Notes: generated by a model from the sequence alone, not told the origin. DNA of 36,060 nucleotides from Promethearchaeota archaeon (GCA_048938895.1 JBHLLU010000041.1:1-36060); one strand, 5' to 3'. Numbered from the stretch's first letter, positions 18,013 through 30,119 are shown. A program made the numbers and translations.

Positions 18013-18441
18013 ATGAGGTCTATTGAATCTGAAATTAAGCGAGTTATCATAGGAAAGGTTGAACCTGATGAAGATCTTATTGATTCTGTGATTAATATGA
18101 TAAATATTCATAAGATTGGTTCTGGTTTAATTAATTGTATCGGGGCTTTGAAAAAATTCACCTTAGGTTACTTTGATTTCCCTTCAAAAGAATATTTGAG
18201 AAAGGAATTTGATATGTTCGTTGAGCTTGTCTCATGTATGGGTAATATTTCATTTAAAGACGGAGAACCAATAGTTCACCTCCATGCTACTTTAGGAACT
18301 AAAGATTATACAATACTAGGCGGACATTTATTCCAACCAAGCATAATCTCAATAACAGGTGAAGTCTATATCTATGGAATAGATAAGAAGCTAAACAGAA
18401 CCACAGATCCTCAACTTGGCTTAACACTTTTGAATATTTAA
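18013..18441 (+). CDS. PPC / DUF296 domain protein
   Basis: CIGAL, ELVSCMGNIS, PIVHLHATLG, GGHL motifs. Confidence 0.92.
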   Translation: MRSIESEIKRVIIGKVEPDEDLIDSVINMINIHKIGSGLINCIGALKKFTLGYFDFPSKEYLRKEFDMFVELVSCMGNISFKDGEPIVHLHATLGTKDYTILGGHLFQPSIISITGEVYIYGIDKKLNRTTDPQLGLTLLNI

Positions 18442-18458
18442 CGATCTAGGTGGAAAAA

Positions 18459-18989
18459 ATGGTAGAAAAAAAAATTAATCTAAAATTAGCTTTACTGGGA
18501 GACCCAGCAGTAGGAAAAACATCTTTGATTAATCGTTATACAGAGGAAGGTTTTAAAGATAATTATCAACCAACCTTAGGCGTTAATATTGTAATGAAAA
18601 AGCTCAAATTTAATGATCATGAAGTTCAAATGGCCATTTGGGATATTGCAGGACAAGATAAATACGATTTGACTCGTAAAATGTTTTTTGAAGGGTGCAG
18701 TGCATGTCTTCTCGTCTATGATAAATCTAGATCATCAACTTTTGATAGAATTCAGTCAAAATGGCTAGGAGACTTTAGAAAATTTGCACGACCAAATGGT
18801 ATTTATGTTTTAATCGGAAATAAAAGTGATTTGAAAGATTCAAAGTCAGTTTCCACAGAAAAAGGTCAAGGATTAGCTGAAGAGATTCAGGCAAGTGAAT
18901 TCATTGAAACTAGCGCAAAACTTGGTGATAATGTCGAAATTGCATTTAAAAAACTTGTTTCCCATGCACTAACCAAATTTAATATTTAA
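18459..18989 (+). CDS. Rab-like small GTPase
   Basis: G1 GDPAVGKT, G2 YQPTLG, G3 WDIAGQ, G4 NKSD, G5 ETSAK; no C-terminal Cys motif. A GGTGG SD favours ATG 18459 over GTG 18450. Confidence 0.95.
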   Translation: MVEKKINLKLALLGDPAVGKTSLINRYTEEGFKDNYQPTLGVNIVMKKLKFNDHEVQMAIWDIAGQDKYDLTRKMFFEGCSACLLVYDKSRSSTFDRIQSKWLGDFRKFARPNGIYVLIGNKSDLKDSKSVSTEKGQGLAEEIQASEFIETSAKLGDNVEIAFKKLVSHALTKFNI

Positions 18990-19068
18990 CTTAGGTAAAA
19001 AATAACATATCAAGTAATTTACAGATAATATTGGTTTTTAATATAAAATGTGAAGAATTTAAGAACAG

Positions 19069-19632
19069 ATGATTGGAGATTATAAAGGAGAAGTAAAGTA
19101 TAAAGTACTTACTGCACTTCTTCAAGCTTATCATGATATTCTTGATTATGATGGTATGAAATCTATATTAAAAGAAGCAGAAATGCTCCACTTAAAGAAT
19201 ATCCGGGATGAGGACCAAAATCAATTTTTGGATTTTTTTTCATTTAAAAAAATAATCTCCGCTCAAAATTGTTTGTTGTACGATTCTTCTATGCTCCTTT
19301 TTGAAATTGGGAAGAAACTATCGTTTTATTTATTTCCTTATGGAAAAAATTTCGAAGAAATTGTTTCAGAAATTAATTCAATAATACATACAGACTGGAA
19401 TGTTGAAATTATCGAAAAATCAGAAAATTTCATCATCCTATTGGTTCAAAAATGCATTTTCTGCTCTGAGATTGGTATCCCATGCGATATGTTTAAGGGG
19501 TTTCTGGTTAATTCCTTAGAAAAATCCCTTTCGTCAGAATATAAAGTCATTTATTTTGGGGAAAAAGAAGATATAGATAACCCTAATCATAATACTTTTA
19601 CTCTCAAATTGAAAATTGAAAAAAAATATTGA
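19069..19632 (+). CDS. V4R / Bet3-HNOX-like fold protein
   Basis: N-terminal helices (DILDYDGMKSILKEA), FEIGKK, then LLVQKCIFC...PCDMFKGFL, typical of V4R. The last Cys pair is absent. Confidence 0.65.
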   Translation: MIGDYKGEVKYKVLTALLQAYHDILDYDGMKSILKEAEMLHLKNIRDEDQNQFLDFFSFKKIISAQNCLLYDSSMLLFEIGKKLSFYLFPYGKNFEEIVSEINSIIHTDWNVEIIEKSENFIILLVQKCIFCSEIGIPCDMFKGFLVNSLEKSLSSEYKVIYFGEKEDIDNPNHNTFTLKLKIEKKY

Positions 19633-19804
19633 GTGAGTAAAAAACCAATCTTAATCCTAATTAAATACTCTTTTATTATTAATTGAGGAAAATATTAAAT
19701 ACTTCAAAGTTAAATTACAAATTAATATTAATAAATCTACTCGAGCGAACATTGAAGATCAAAAATTGATGATAGTCTTAAATATACTAAAGATAATATA
19801 TTAA

Positions 19805-20392
19805 ATGCAAAATGAGTATGGAAGGATAATATTGACTACTGAAGAACCTAAAGAATTAAGAGAATTTGTCTATAAAATCGTTATTTTAGGTGAGGCTGCA
19901 GTAGGTAAAACAAGCCTTCTAAACAGGTTTTGTGAGGGATCTTTTCAAGAGGATTATAAACCCACTCTTGGAGCTAACATCATAAGAAAAGATGTTGATT
20001 TAGAAGAAGCTAAAACGAAAATCAGATTGATAATGTGGGATTTGGCTGGTCAAGAAAAATATAATGTGATTCGATCGATGTACTTTCAAGGGTGTGAAGG
20101 TGCTTTATTTGTATACGATGTTACTCGCTATAATACGTTCGACAGCGTAAAGTCAAGATGGTTGCGAGATTTCAAAAAATATATCAGAAAAGAAGGAGTC
20201 TATGTTTTAATTGGCAATAAAATTGATTTGACGGATGAGAGGGTTGTCCCTACTGAACAGGGAAAAGATTTAGCCGAGAAAATTAAAGCTAGTCATTTTA
20301 TTGAGACTAGTGCCAAATTAGGAGAAAATATCGAGGAGGCCTTTCTTCTCTTAGTGAAACAAATCTTACTTAATCATGGGGTAAATGTTTAA
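19805..20392 (+). CDS. Rab-like small GTPase
   Basis: GEAAVGKT, YKPTLG, WDLAGQ, NKID, ETSAK; no prenylation motif. Confidence 0.95.
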   Translation: MQNEYGRIILTTEEPKELREFVYKIVILGEAAVGKTSLLNRFCEGSFQEDYKPTLGANIIRKDVDLEEAKTKIRLIMWDLAGQEKYNVIRSMYFQGCEGALFVYDVTRYNTFDSVKSRWLRDFKKYIRKEGVYVLIGNKIDLTDERVVPTEQGKDLAEKIKASHFIETSAKLGENIEEAFLLLVKQILLNHGVNV

Positions 20393-20474
20393 AAAATTTT
20401 AATAGTATGTAAAGACTCTTTTTTGTAATATTTTAATTATATCTGGGCTATTAATATGGCTAAATTCATAAAGA

Positions 20475-21635
20475 GTGAATATCATGAAAGAACTCTCTTA
20501 TAGAGTATCTAAAGCACCCAAATCAACAATTAGAGAATTATTTGATCTCGCTTTGGGACGATCTGATGTAATAAGTTTAGGTATTGGTCAACCAGATTTT
20601 CACACTCCTGAACCTGTTATTCTGGGTAATATTAATGCACTAAAAAAAAACATTACTATGTACGCCCCCACAAGAGGAGTACCTGAGCTTTTACAACTAA
20701 TTGAAAATAAAATCCTTAAAGTAAACAATTTTCAGGTGAATTGGAAAGAAAATATTATAGTGACAAATGGAGGGAGTCAAGCTATTACCCTCGCGTATGC
20801 TACAATTTTTAATCCTGGAGATGAATTAGTAATTTGTTCTCCTAATTTTATATCATATTTCTATTGCGCTCTTTTTTTTGGCATATCAGTAAAAGAGGCA
20901 AAAAGAAATGAAGATTTCAGTATTAATATTGGTAATATTAAGAAACAAATTACAAAGAAAACTAAAGCTATTCTTATTAATTCTCCAAATAATCCTACTG
21001 GTTATGCATTGAGCCTTAACGAATTAGAACAAATAGTGGAAGTTGTTATAGAAAAAGACTTATACTTAATTTCAGATGAGGTTTATGAAAATTATATATA
21101 TGAAGGATTAAAACATACAAGTCCTGCCTCCTTAAATGAAATGTTTAAGCGTACTATTACCATAAACGCCATGTCAAAATTATTTTCAGCAACAGGATTT
21201 AGGTTAGGTTACGCCGTCGCCTCAAAAGAAATCATTGATCTTATGGAGAAATATCATCAATATACTGTCGCAGGTACTAATCATGCAGCTCAATTTGGTT
21301 TTATTGAAGCGCTAAAATTGGATACCCAGTTTTTCAATAAGATTTGGGAGAGTTTCAATGAGAGAAGATTATTAGTGTATAATAGATTAAAAGAAATTGG
21401 TTTTGAAACGGTTAAACCACTCGGTGCTTTTTATATTATGCCTTCGACTGAGAATTTTAATATAACTGGTGATGATTTTTCAAGAAATCTTATGAAGGAG
21501 CAAGCTGTTGCTGTCGTCCCAGGTTCCATTTTTGGTGAATACTCAGAAAACAATATTAGAATCTCATATGCGACTGAAAAAAGTAAGCTTGAAGAAGCAA
21601 TGGATAGAATTGAAGAATTCCTTAAAGTCATATAG
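20475..21635 (+). CDS. PLP-dependent aminotransferase class I/II (aspartate aminotransferase-like)
   Basis: ISLGIGQPDF, NSPNNPTG, SDEVY, SKLFSATGFRLGY, GAFY, IRISYA. Likely start is ATG 20484. Confidence 0.95.
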   Translation: MNIMKELSYRVSKAPKSTIRELFDLALGRSDVISLGIGQPDFHTPEPVILGNINALKKNITMYAPTRGVPELLQLIENKILKVNNFQVNWKENIIVTNGGSQAITLAYATIFNPGDELVICSPNFISYFYCALFFGISVKEAKRNEDFSINIGNIKKQITKKTKAILINSPNNPTGYALSLNELEQIVEVVIEKDLYLISDEVYENYIYEGLKHTSPASLNEMFKRTITINAMSKLFSATGFRLGYAVASKEIIDLMEKYHQYTVAGTNHAAQFGFIEALKLDTQFFNKIWESFNERRLLVYNRLKEIGFETVKPLGAFYIMPSTENFNITGDDFSRNLMKEQAVAVVPGSIFGEYSENNIRISYATEKSKLEEAMDRIEEFLKVI

Positions 21636-21654
21636 AATATTTAACCTAATGATA

Positions 21655-22533
21655 ATGAGATTAGCAATCCTTGCAGATATTCACGGAAACCTTCCAGCAC
21701 TTAAAGCAGTTTTAGCAGAAATTGAAAAGAAAGAAGTCAATAAAATATTAGTTGCGGGAGATATTTTAGGGGGACCTTATCCTATAGAAGTGCTTGAAAC
21801 TTTGCATGATCTTAATACGTGTATGATCCGAGGAAATTCTGATGATTATTTGCTTAAAATTTATTTAAATCCAACAGATTCTTATTGGTATAGAAGCAAA
21901 CAATATGCTCCCGTTTATTGGATTTATAAACGTCTAAATAAGCATTGGTTGAGCTTTATTGATTCTCTGCCAACACAGAAGGTTATTTCTTTTCCTGGAA
22001 CTAATGATATTTTAATGGTTCATAGTATATACTTACCTATGCTTCCAACAGATTCTACTGGAATTCTAATTACTGATAAATATAATCAACTACTTGATTC
22101 CTATACAAAAACTCTCAAGCAATCAGTTCTTATTTTTGCTCATAATCATGTACCGTGGAATCAACAAATTAATGGATGTCTGGTTTTAAATCCCGGTTCT
22201 ATCGGTTGTCCCTTAAATGGTACAACAGGCGCCCAATATGCAATAATGGAATGGGAAAATGATCACTGGGAAGGTACTATAAACACTGTACATTATCTTA
22301 TTGATGAAATAAGTGAAGCATATATAAAAAGCGGATTTTTAAAAGAAGGGGGCCCTCTTGCAAGATCATTTCTCCTCGCCATTAAAACAGGTAAGGATAT
22401 CGCTGCTATGTTTTTAAGATACTCTTATCAATTAGCATATGATAAAGGTTATAGAAATTTTGATATAATTCCTGACGATATTTTAAAAATAGCGGAAAAA
22501 AATTGGGATTGGAATAAATATATGAAAACTTAA
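21655..22533 (+). CDS. Calcineurin-like metallophosphoesterase (YfcE/MJ0936-like)
   Basis: ADIHGN, GDI, RGNSD, VH, AHNH, NPGS. Start at MRLAIL (21655) avoids the overlap with the aminotransferase. Confidence 0.9.
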   Translation: MRLAILADIHGNLPALKAVLAEIEKKEVNKILVAGDILGGPYPIEVLETLHDLNTCMIRGNSDDYLLKIYLNPTDSYWYRSKQYAPVYWIYKRLNKHWLSFIDSLPTQKVISFPGTNDILMVHSIYLPMLPTDSTGILITDKYNQLLDSYTKTLKQSVLIFAHNHVPWNQQINGCLVLNPGSIGCPLNGTTGAQYAIMEWENDHWEGTINTVHYLIDEISEAYIKSGFLKEGGPLARSFLLAIKTGKDIAAMFLRYSYQLAYDKGYRNFDIIPDDILKIAEKNWDWNKYMKT

Positions 22534-22570
22534 TAAACTTCTCTAGTTTTAATTTTACAATTATATAATA

Positions 22571-22918
22571 ATGTCGACTATGATAAGAATTTTAATAAAT
22601 GTGTGGTATCCTGTTGAAAAAAGTGATGAAGTGGGGAAAAAATATCTCGAAGTTGAGAGAGTATTTCCCTTTCCTCCTGTTATAAAACCAGCAGTAGCAT
22701 GGGAAACATGGGCTACTAAAAGTGGGCTAAAAGGGGCAGGTATTTTTGAAGTAGAGGAAGAAGATTTCGAAGAAGGAATTAATTATTTTATTAGACGCTT
22801 GACTATGTATGCTGATGCAATTAATGGTTATAGATTTGAGATTGCGGCTTCTGTGACTAGTGAAAAAGGAAGAACATTGATAGGGAAAGACTTGTCAGAA
22901 TTACTCCTTCCTGAATAA
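22571..22918 (+). CDS. Hypothetical small alpha/beta protein
   Basis: 115-aa ORF with a ferredoxin-like alternation of strands and helices; no firm family assignment. Confidence 0.7.
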   Translation: MSTMIRILINVWYPVEKSDEVGKKYLEVERVFPFPPVIKPAVAWETWATKSGLKGAGIFEVEEEDFEEGINYFIRRLTMYADAINGYRFEIAASVTSEKGRTLIGKDLSELLLPE

Positions 22919-22930
22919 GCTAGAAATCTG

Positions 22931-24073
22931 TTATGTATAATACGTTTTTAATAGAGCTCTCGTCAAATATTCTGTTGCGCTATATACCTGGTCTATAGAT
23001 ATTGATTCATTTAGTTTATGTACATCTTTTGGATTTCCTGGGCCAAAGATAATAAACGGAATAGAATTTTCTTCTGTAACAAATCTAGATGCATCTGTAG
23101 CATAAGGTAATCCAATTATTCTTGAATTGCTAATTTCAGCTAGATTTTGTATAAAAGGATGTTTGGAATCTGATTGTAATGGGGGTAGAATATTTACTAT
23201 TTCAATATCCATTTTCCAAGGATTTAGATTTAAACGTTTTAGGTTGGTAACTATCGTCTCAGTATCATGTTCCGGAATCAATCTAAAATCTACTTCTAAT
23301 TCTGTGTAATCTGGTACGACGTTAATTTTCGTACCTCCGTGAATCTTACCTATATTTATCGTGGAAGATCCCAAAAAGGGATTAATGGTATCATTTAAAC
23401 AAGTTTGCAATTGAGGAATAATATTTATAGCACCTTCAATAGCATTTAAACCTTCCTCTGGCATTGAACCATGTGCTGATCTTCCATAAATTTTTAACTT
23501 AACCCACAGTATTCCCTTTTCAGCAATACCTATTTCTAGATTTGTAGGTTCCCCGACAATTAACAATTCTGCATCGTTGATAATTCCTGTGCTCGCAAGA
23601 GTAAGAGAACCTGACATCCCAGCTTCCTCATCTGCTGTTCCTAAAAAAATTAATTGATGATTCTCTAAGAACTCTTTATTTTTACTAAGAGATTTCATAA
23701 CTCCTATCAAAGAAACAATTCCCCCTTTCATATCAGCTGAACCCCTTCCATGTAGCTTTCCGTCAATTATTCTTGCAGAAAAAGGAGGAATATCCCATTT
23801 TGATGAATCTCCTACAGGAACAACGTCAAAATGCCCTGATAAAAGTATCTTCTTTTTACCAAATCCAATTTTTGTTATTAAATTATGAAGTTTAATATTA
23901 TTTTTAAAGTGGGAAATTACCTGATTTTGAAATCCCTCTTCTTCCTTGAATACAGTTGAAATCAAGAAATCTACTATTTCTTCTGTTTTTCCAGGAGGAT
24001 TTTCTGTTGGTATCTGGACAAGCCTTTGTAAAATATAGACCAATCTTTCTCTTAGAGTATCATCTAAATTCAT
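22931..24073 (-). CDS. M20 family metallo-hydrolase (ArgE/DapE-like)
   Basis: SGHFDVVP, GRGSADMKGG, ADEE, GEPT, GRSAHGS, H..NE. Confidence 0.95.
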   Translation of the reverse strand: MNLDDTLRERLVYILQRLVQIPTENPPGKTEEIVDFLISTVFKEEEGFQNQVISHFKNNIKLHNLITKIGFGKKKILLSGHFDVVPVGDSSKWDIPPFSARIIDGKLHGRGSADMKGGIVSLIGVMKSLSKNKEFLENHQLIFLGTADEEAGMSGSLTLASTGIINDAELLIVGEPTNLEIGIAEKGILWVKLKIYGRSAHGSMPEEGLNAIEGAINIIPQLQTCLNDTINPFLGSSTINIGKIHGGTKINVVPDYTELEVDFRLIPEHDTETIVTNLKRLNLNPWKMDIEIVNILPPLQSDSKHPFIQNLAEISNSRIIGLPYATDASRFVTEENSIPFIIFGPGNPKDVHKLNESISIDQVYSATEYLTRALLKTYYT

Positions 24074-24099
24074 AATTAAAAAGAAAATAATTTTACTTT

Positions 24100-25314
24100 T
24101 TAAACATAATCCACTTCAAATGGAGTTTTCGGAAGAACTTCTGCCCCCTTTTTAGTTACAAGCGTTGGAGATTCTAATCGTAAACCACCAAGACCTGGGC
24201 GGTTGAAGACAACTGCAGCGATTTCTACCATATTTTCTTCAAAAATCAAAGAGCCCCAATCTTTACCAGGAACTACAACTGGCCATGATTCATTTCCAAT
24301 ACAGCCAATACCGTGTCCTAAACCAAAAAATAAATCATTTGCAAAACCCTCCTTTTCTGCAACTTTCCGTACTTCTTGGTAACAGTTATCAAATGTGTTT
24401 CCTGGATACATATTATCTATAAGAGTATAGCATAATTGCTCATATACATCATTAAATTGCTTTAGTTCCGGGGGACACTCTCTAAGGACGTAATTATGAC
24501 TTAGATCTCCTAGATAACATCCATATTCACTATGTAGATCAACTAGCAACGATTCACCTTTATTAACAATCTTATTAGTAGCAGGAGTGCACCCATTAAA
24601 TGTCCATGATGCTCTATGCCCTGAACCTATTTCTTGACTGCCTGTGAAAGTCCACTCATAATTACTTCCAGCTTTCCTCATTGCTAATGTACCAATTCCA
24701 GCAATTTCATTTTCTGTAAATTTTTTTCCTTCTGGTCTCTCAGAAAGAGCTCTTTTCACAGCTGATTGTCCTATATCTGTAATTTCAGAGGCTTTTTTCA
24801 ACATAGAAATTTCTTCAGGTTCTTTAATAAACTGAATCCTCTCAGTTTTTTCATTGAAATCTATAAATTCACAACCAGGAAAAGATTTTCTTAAAAGTTC
24901 AGCTTCAGTATACGAGAAAGTCTGCCCGGTTACACAGATATCTACACCCATTTCAACACCTATTCTCGGTGGTTTTCCCTTGGGGTTATATAATCCACTC
25001 CTTTTTGCTGCTTTTTGAATTCTCTTTTCCCAGTAATAACCTTTCATAGGTCCCCATCCTTGCACATTTTCTAATTCTCCCTCTGCTTTAACACGTTCAA
25101 CATCTAAAAGTACAGTATAAAGAATGGGTTCTCCTGCACCTTCTTTAGGGAGAAAAATAAAACTTTTCCAAGGTACGAAACACCCTGAAAGATAAGTAAT
25201 CGATTTTACTCTGGTAAGTATACAGAAGTCAAGATCTAATTCTTCCATTGCTGTTCGATACTTTTCGATATGTCCCTTCCAATTTATTTTAATTTCACTC
25301 ATTATCTTCTTCAA
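24100..25314 (-). CDS. M24 (aminopeptidase P / creatinase fold) protein with a divergent active site
   Basis: IK.PEEI..LKKA..I.D, VD...Y.GD, GHGIG, GLRLE. Likely start is ATG 25302. Confidence 0.88.
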   Translation of the reverse strand: MKKIMSEIKINWKGHIEKYRTAMEELDLDFCILTRVKSITYLSGCFVPWKSFIFLPKEGAGEPILYTVLLDVERVKAEGELENVQGWGPMKGYYWEKRIQKAAKRSGLYNPKGKPPRIGVEMGVDICVTGQTFSYTEAELLRKSFPGCEFIDFNEKTERIQFIKEPEEISMLKKASEITDIGQSAVKRALSERPEGKKFTENEIAGIGTLAMRKAGSNYEWTFTGSQEIGSGHRASWTFNGCTPATNKIVNKGESLLVDLHSEYGCYLGDLSHNYVLRECPPELKQFNDVYEQLCYTLIDNMYPGNTFDNCYQEVRKVAEKEGFANDLFFGLGHGIGCIGNESWPVVVPGKDWGSLIFEENMVEIAAVVFNRPGLGGLRLESPTLVTKKGAEVLPKTPFEVDYV

Positions 25315-25431
25315 ATTAATTTTTCTTGATATTACATAAATTACTGATTTACTTTAAACTAAGCTATGGATCATTAGTTTAAAAATTAATTGAAAAGATA
25401 AGAAGTAAGAAAATAGTTTACAAATTCTAAT

Positions 25432-27729
<2,298 letters not shown>

Positions 27730-27825
27730 TTATTAATTAAAATAAGCTATAATACCACAAGTGATTAAAGTATTTATGCTTTATTTTCTTTATCTTTAAT
27801 TTTTATAATATTAACTAACATTAAA

Positions 27826-28647
27826 CTAAAATACTTTATCAGAAATTATGATATTTAATCTTTTTTCTAAGTACCCTTTGAAAGTAATTTCAATCTCATC
27901 ATCTATTAGGCGATTCTTATAAAGTTTTATAAAAGACTTTCTTAGATTTATAATAGCGCTTTTCATAGAAGCAAACTGGGAATCTTGTAATAACTTTCCT
28001 ACATATTGTCGAGTGATTTTATCTAACTTCTGATTATCCCTGTTAAGAATTTCTTCCTCTTTCTGTTCCTTTTTTAATATCCCACTTGAGGATTTTACTT
28101 TTTTCTTCAAAATGCGAACTAAATCTTCAATTCTATCATCTAAATCTTGTATTTGATACAAATCATATGTACTTTCAGGAGTGTCCCATTGATATCTCCC
28201 AAAATTGTCAAATCTCCTATGAATTTTCTTAATAATTTTGTTAGGTATGGGTTTTCCTCTATTATTATTCCATTTCATACAAATTTCAAGGGGTGTAGAA
28301 ATATGGATTATATAGTATTCGATCTTGAATTCATCTGAAAGTTTCTTTAAATCATGTCTCATACTAGTATAATAATTTAAATCGTCGCTAATTACAATGT
28401 ATTCTTCTTGTAGCTTTTTTTTTACTTCTTTTAAATTAATTTCCCTTACTTTAGGCTCAGATTTATAATCAAATTTATTCGGCGTCAACGAGTTTCGTAT
28501 TTTATCAGGATCAATAATTATAACTTTGTTTGTATTGAAGTTCTGTTCTATCTTGATCTTTAATATATTAGCAAAAGTGGTTTTTCCTGAAGCAGGTAAT
28601 CCCACTAAGCACACTATAAAATTTTTACTTACCACCATTAATCTCAA
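27826..28647 (-). CDS. pstK: L-seryl-tRNA(Sec) kinase (PSTK; KTI12/PSTK family)
   Basis: GLPASGKTT, DKIR, DDLNYYTSMRHDL, RGKPIPN..I....RFD....Y.WD.P, and C-terminal LDKITR..V...LRK.F, all characteristic of archaeal PSTK. Confidence 0.88.
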   Translation of the reverse strand: MRLMVVSKNFIVCLVGLPASGKTTFANILKIKIEQNFNTNKVIIIDPDKIRNSLTPNKFDYKSEPKVREINLKEVKKKLQEEYIVISDDLNYYTSMRHDLKKLSDEFKIEYYIIHISTPLEICMKWNNNRGKPIPNKIIKKIHRRFDNFGRYQWDTPESTYDLYQIQDLDDRIEDLVRILKKKVKSSSGILKKEQKEEEILNRDNQKLDKITRQYVGKLLQDSQFASMKSAIINLRKSFIKLYKNRLIDDEIEITFKGYLEKRLNIIISDKVF

Positions 28648-28654
28648 TTATTTC

Positions 28655-28921
28655 TTAAGTATAAATACTATTTATTAACTCTCTCTTTTGTTTTCTTGAG
28701 AATGATTTTATTTCTGATTCTCTTTTCATGGCTTCTTTTCTGGTGGTAAATGTTTCAAAATATTTTAAATCAATTGATTTTTTACCCCGACAAAATTTCG
28801 CACCTTGTCCACTTCGATGTTCATTCCATCTCCTATATAAGTTATTTGTGTATCCTGTATAATATCGTTTTTTCCCATTGTTTGACACAGTTTCTAAGAT
28901 ATAAACATAGTACACATTCAA
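28655..28921 (-). CDS. GIY-YIG nuclease (UPF0213-like)
   Basis: YYVYIL, YTGYTNNL.RR..EH.SG.GAKF, EA.KRE..IK. Confidence 0.93.
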   Translation of the reverse strand: MNVYYVYILETVSNNGKKRYYTGYTNNLYRRWNEHRSGQGAKFCRGKKSIDLKYFETFTTRKEAMKRESEIKSFSRKQKRELINSIYT

Positions 28922-29151
28922 ATAATCTCACTAAGTGACAATTTTCATTTTAGCTATTTATTATTTTAGTTATTCTTTCTATAGCTAATTTTCTTTTTAA
29001 CCTAATATAGGATTACATCAATTTTTTTAATGATTAACAAAACTAAGAACAACTAAATTTTTATTAATAAATGCTATTATTTTATTAGTAAAGTAAATTT
29101 TCTGCTTGCAACCTTAGATATATATCAAAATTAAAGAAAAAATAATCTAAA

Positions 29152-29793
29152 ATGCCAACGGGTATTTTTCTAATAAAATGGGATGAAGTTATAGGGGGGA
29201 CCATTTACATGAGATACCCTGAAGATTTAGAAATTCCCGATCCGATTGTTCAACAGATAACAATCTCTCATAATTTTACAGAATCACATATTATAACAGA
29301 AGAAAAAGAATGGAATTCAGTTTCCTATTATAATGAAAATAAAGAAATGATCGTAGTTTTAGTTTTAAAACCCTCCTCTCTTGACGATGGTAATGACTAT
29401 TTGGAACTTCTCGAAGATTTTAGTAAAGAACTAGATATGGACTTAAAAGAAGATATGCTTAAAAGTAGGTTAGAATCTATGTTTAGATCAAGTTTAGAAG
29501 CATTTCAAACTACTGATGCGGTTATAAGTAAATTAAGTAATGAAGTCGCTCTATTAAGAACAAAAGAATATGATATCGAGGAACGTTTTAAAAAAGTACA
29601 AAATTCAGACCATTTGTCAGTCAAGAGTAAGATATTATTTTTATTAGCTGTAAACGATGGACTTAGTCTTCAAGATCTCAGAAAATCTGTTAGTGCTAAC
29701 ACAAAATGGTTTAACAGCGTGCTTGAAACACTTGTTAAAAATAATATTATAGCTTATGATCCTAATCAGGATGTCTATTATGTAAAAATATGA
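29152..29793 (+). CDS. uDENN/longin-like N-domain, coiled coil and winged-helix C-domain
   Basis: IFLIKWDEVIGGTIYMRYPE resembles the uDENN/NPRL2 start; C-terminal KILFLL..NDGLSLQDL...VLETLVKNNII.Y looks like a wHTH. Confidence 0.6.
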   Translation: MPTGIFLIKWDEVIGGTIYMRYPEDLEIPDPIVQQITISHNFTESHIITEEKEWNSVSYYNENKEMIVVLVLKPSSLDDGNDYLELLEDFSKELDMDLKEDMLKSRLESMFRSSLEAFQTTDAVISKLSNEVALLRTKEYDIEERFKKVQNSDHLSVKSKILFLLAVNDGLSLQDLRKSVSANTKWFNSVLETLVKNNIIAYDPNQDVYYVKI

Positions 29794-30068
29794 ATGACAA
29801 AAAGATTATAATCAAAGTTTATGGACATGTTCAAGGTGTATTCTTTCGATACACAACTAGGAAAGTTGCTCGAAAGTTAGGTCTAAATGGTTATGTAAAA
29901 AACATGCCTGATGGAAGTGTTTTAATTGAAGCAGAGGGTGCTGAAGATAATTTAAAAGAGTTATTAATTTTCTCAAAGAAGGGACCAGTAAACGCTAGAG
30001 TAGACCATGTTGAGTATGAGATTAAAGCTCCTACATATCAGTTTAAAGGATTTAACTCTTCTTTTTAG
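29790..30068 (+). CDS. acyP: Acylphosphatase
   Basis: VYGHVQGVFFR, GYVKN.PDGSV...AEG, GP..A.V. The ATGA overlap with the upstream gene suggests translational coupling. Confidence 0.96.
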   Translation: MNDKKIIIKVYGHVQGVFFRYTTRKVARKLGLNGYVKNMPDGSVLIEAEGAEDNLKELLIFSKKGPVNARVDHVEYEIKAPTYQFKGFNSSF

Positions 30069-30094
30069 ATCGAATTTAACGAAATCTCCCTCTG

Positions 30095-30119
30095 GTATTA
30101 CCTGGGTAATACTCTTTTT
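30095..30119 (+). terminator. Inverted repeat GTATTACC-TG-GGTAATAC followed by a T-tract (terminator or operator)
   Basis: 8-bp arms just downstream of acyP, followed by TCTTTTT. Confidence 0.4.

Noticed and set aside
21508-21654. N-terminal 49-aa extension of the metallophosphoesterase
   Set aside because: It overlaps the aminotransferase 3' end, and the family motif begins at Met 21655.
28655-28921. GIY-YIG gene as a homing endonuclease or mobile element
   Set aside because: It is the short stand-alone UPF0213 type, with no intron, intein, terminal repeats or DNA-binding extension.
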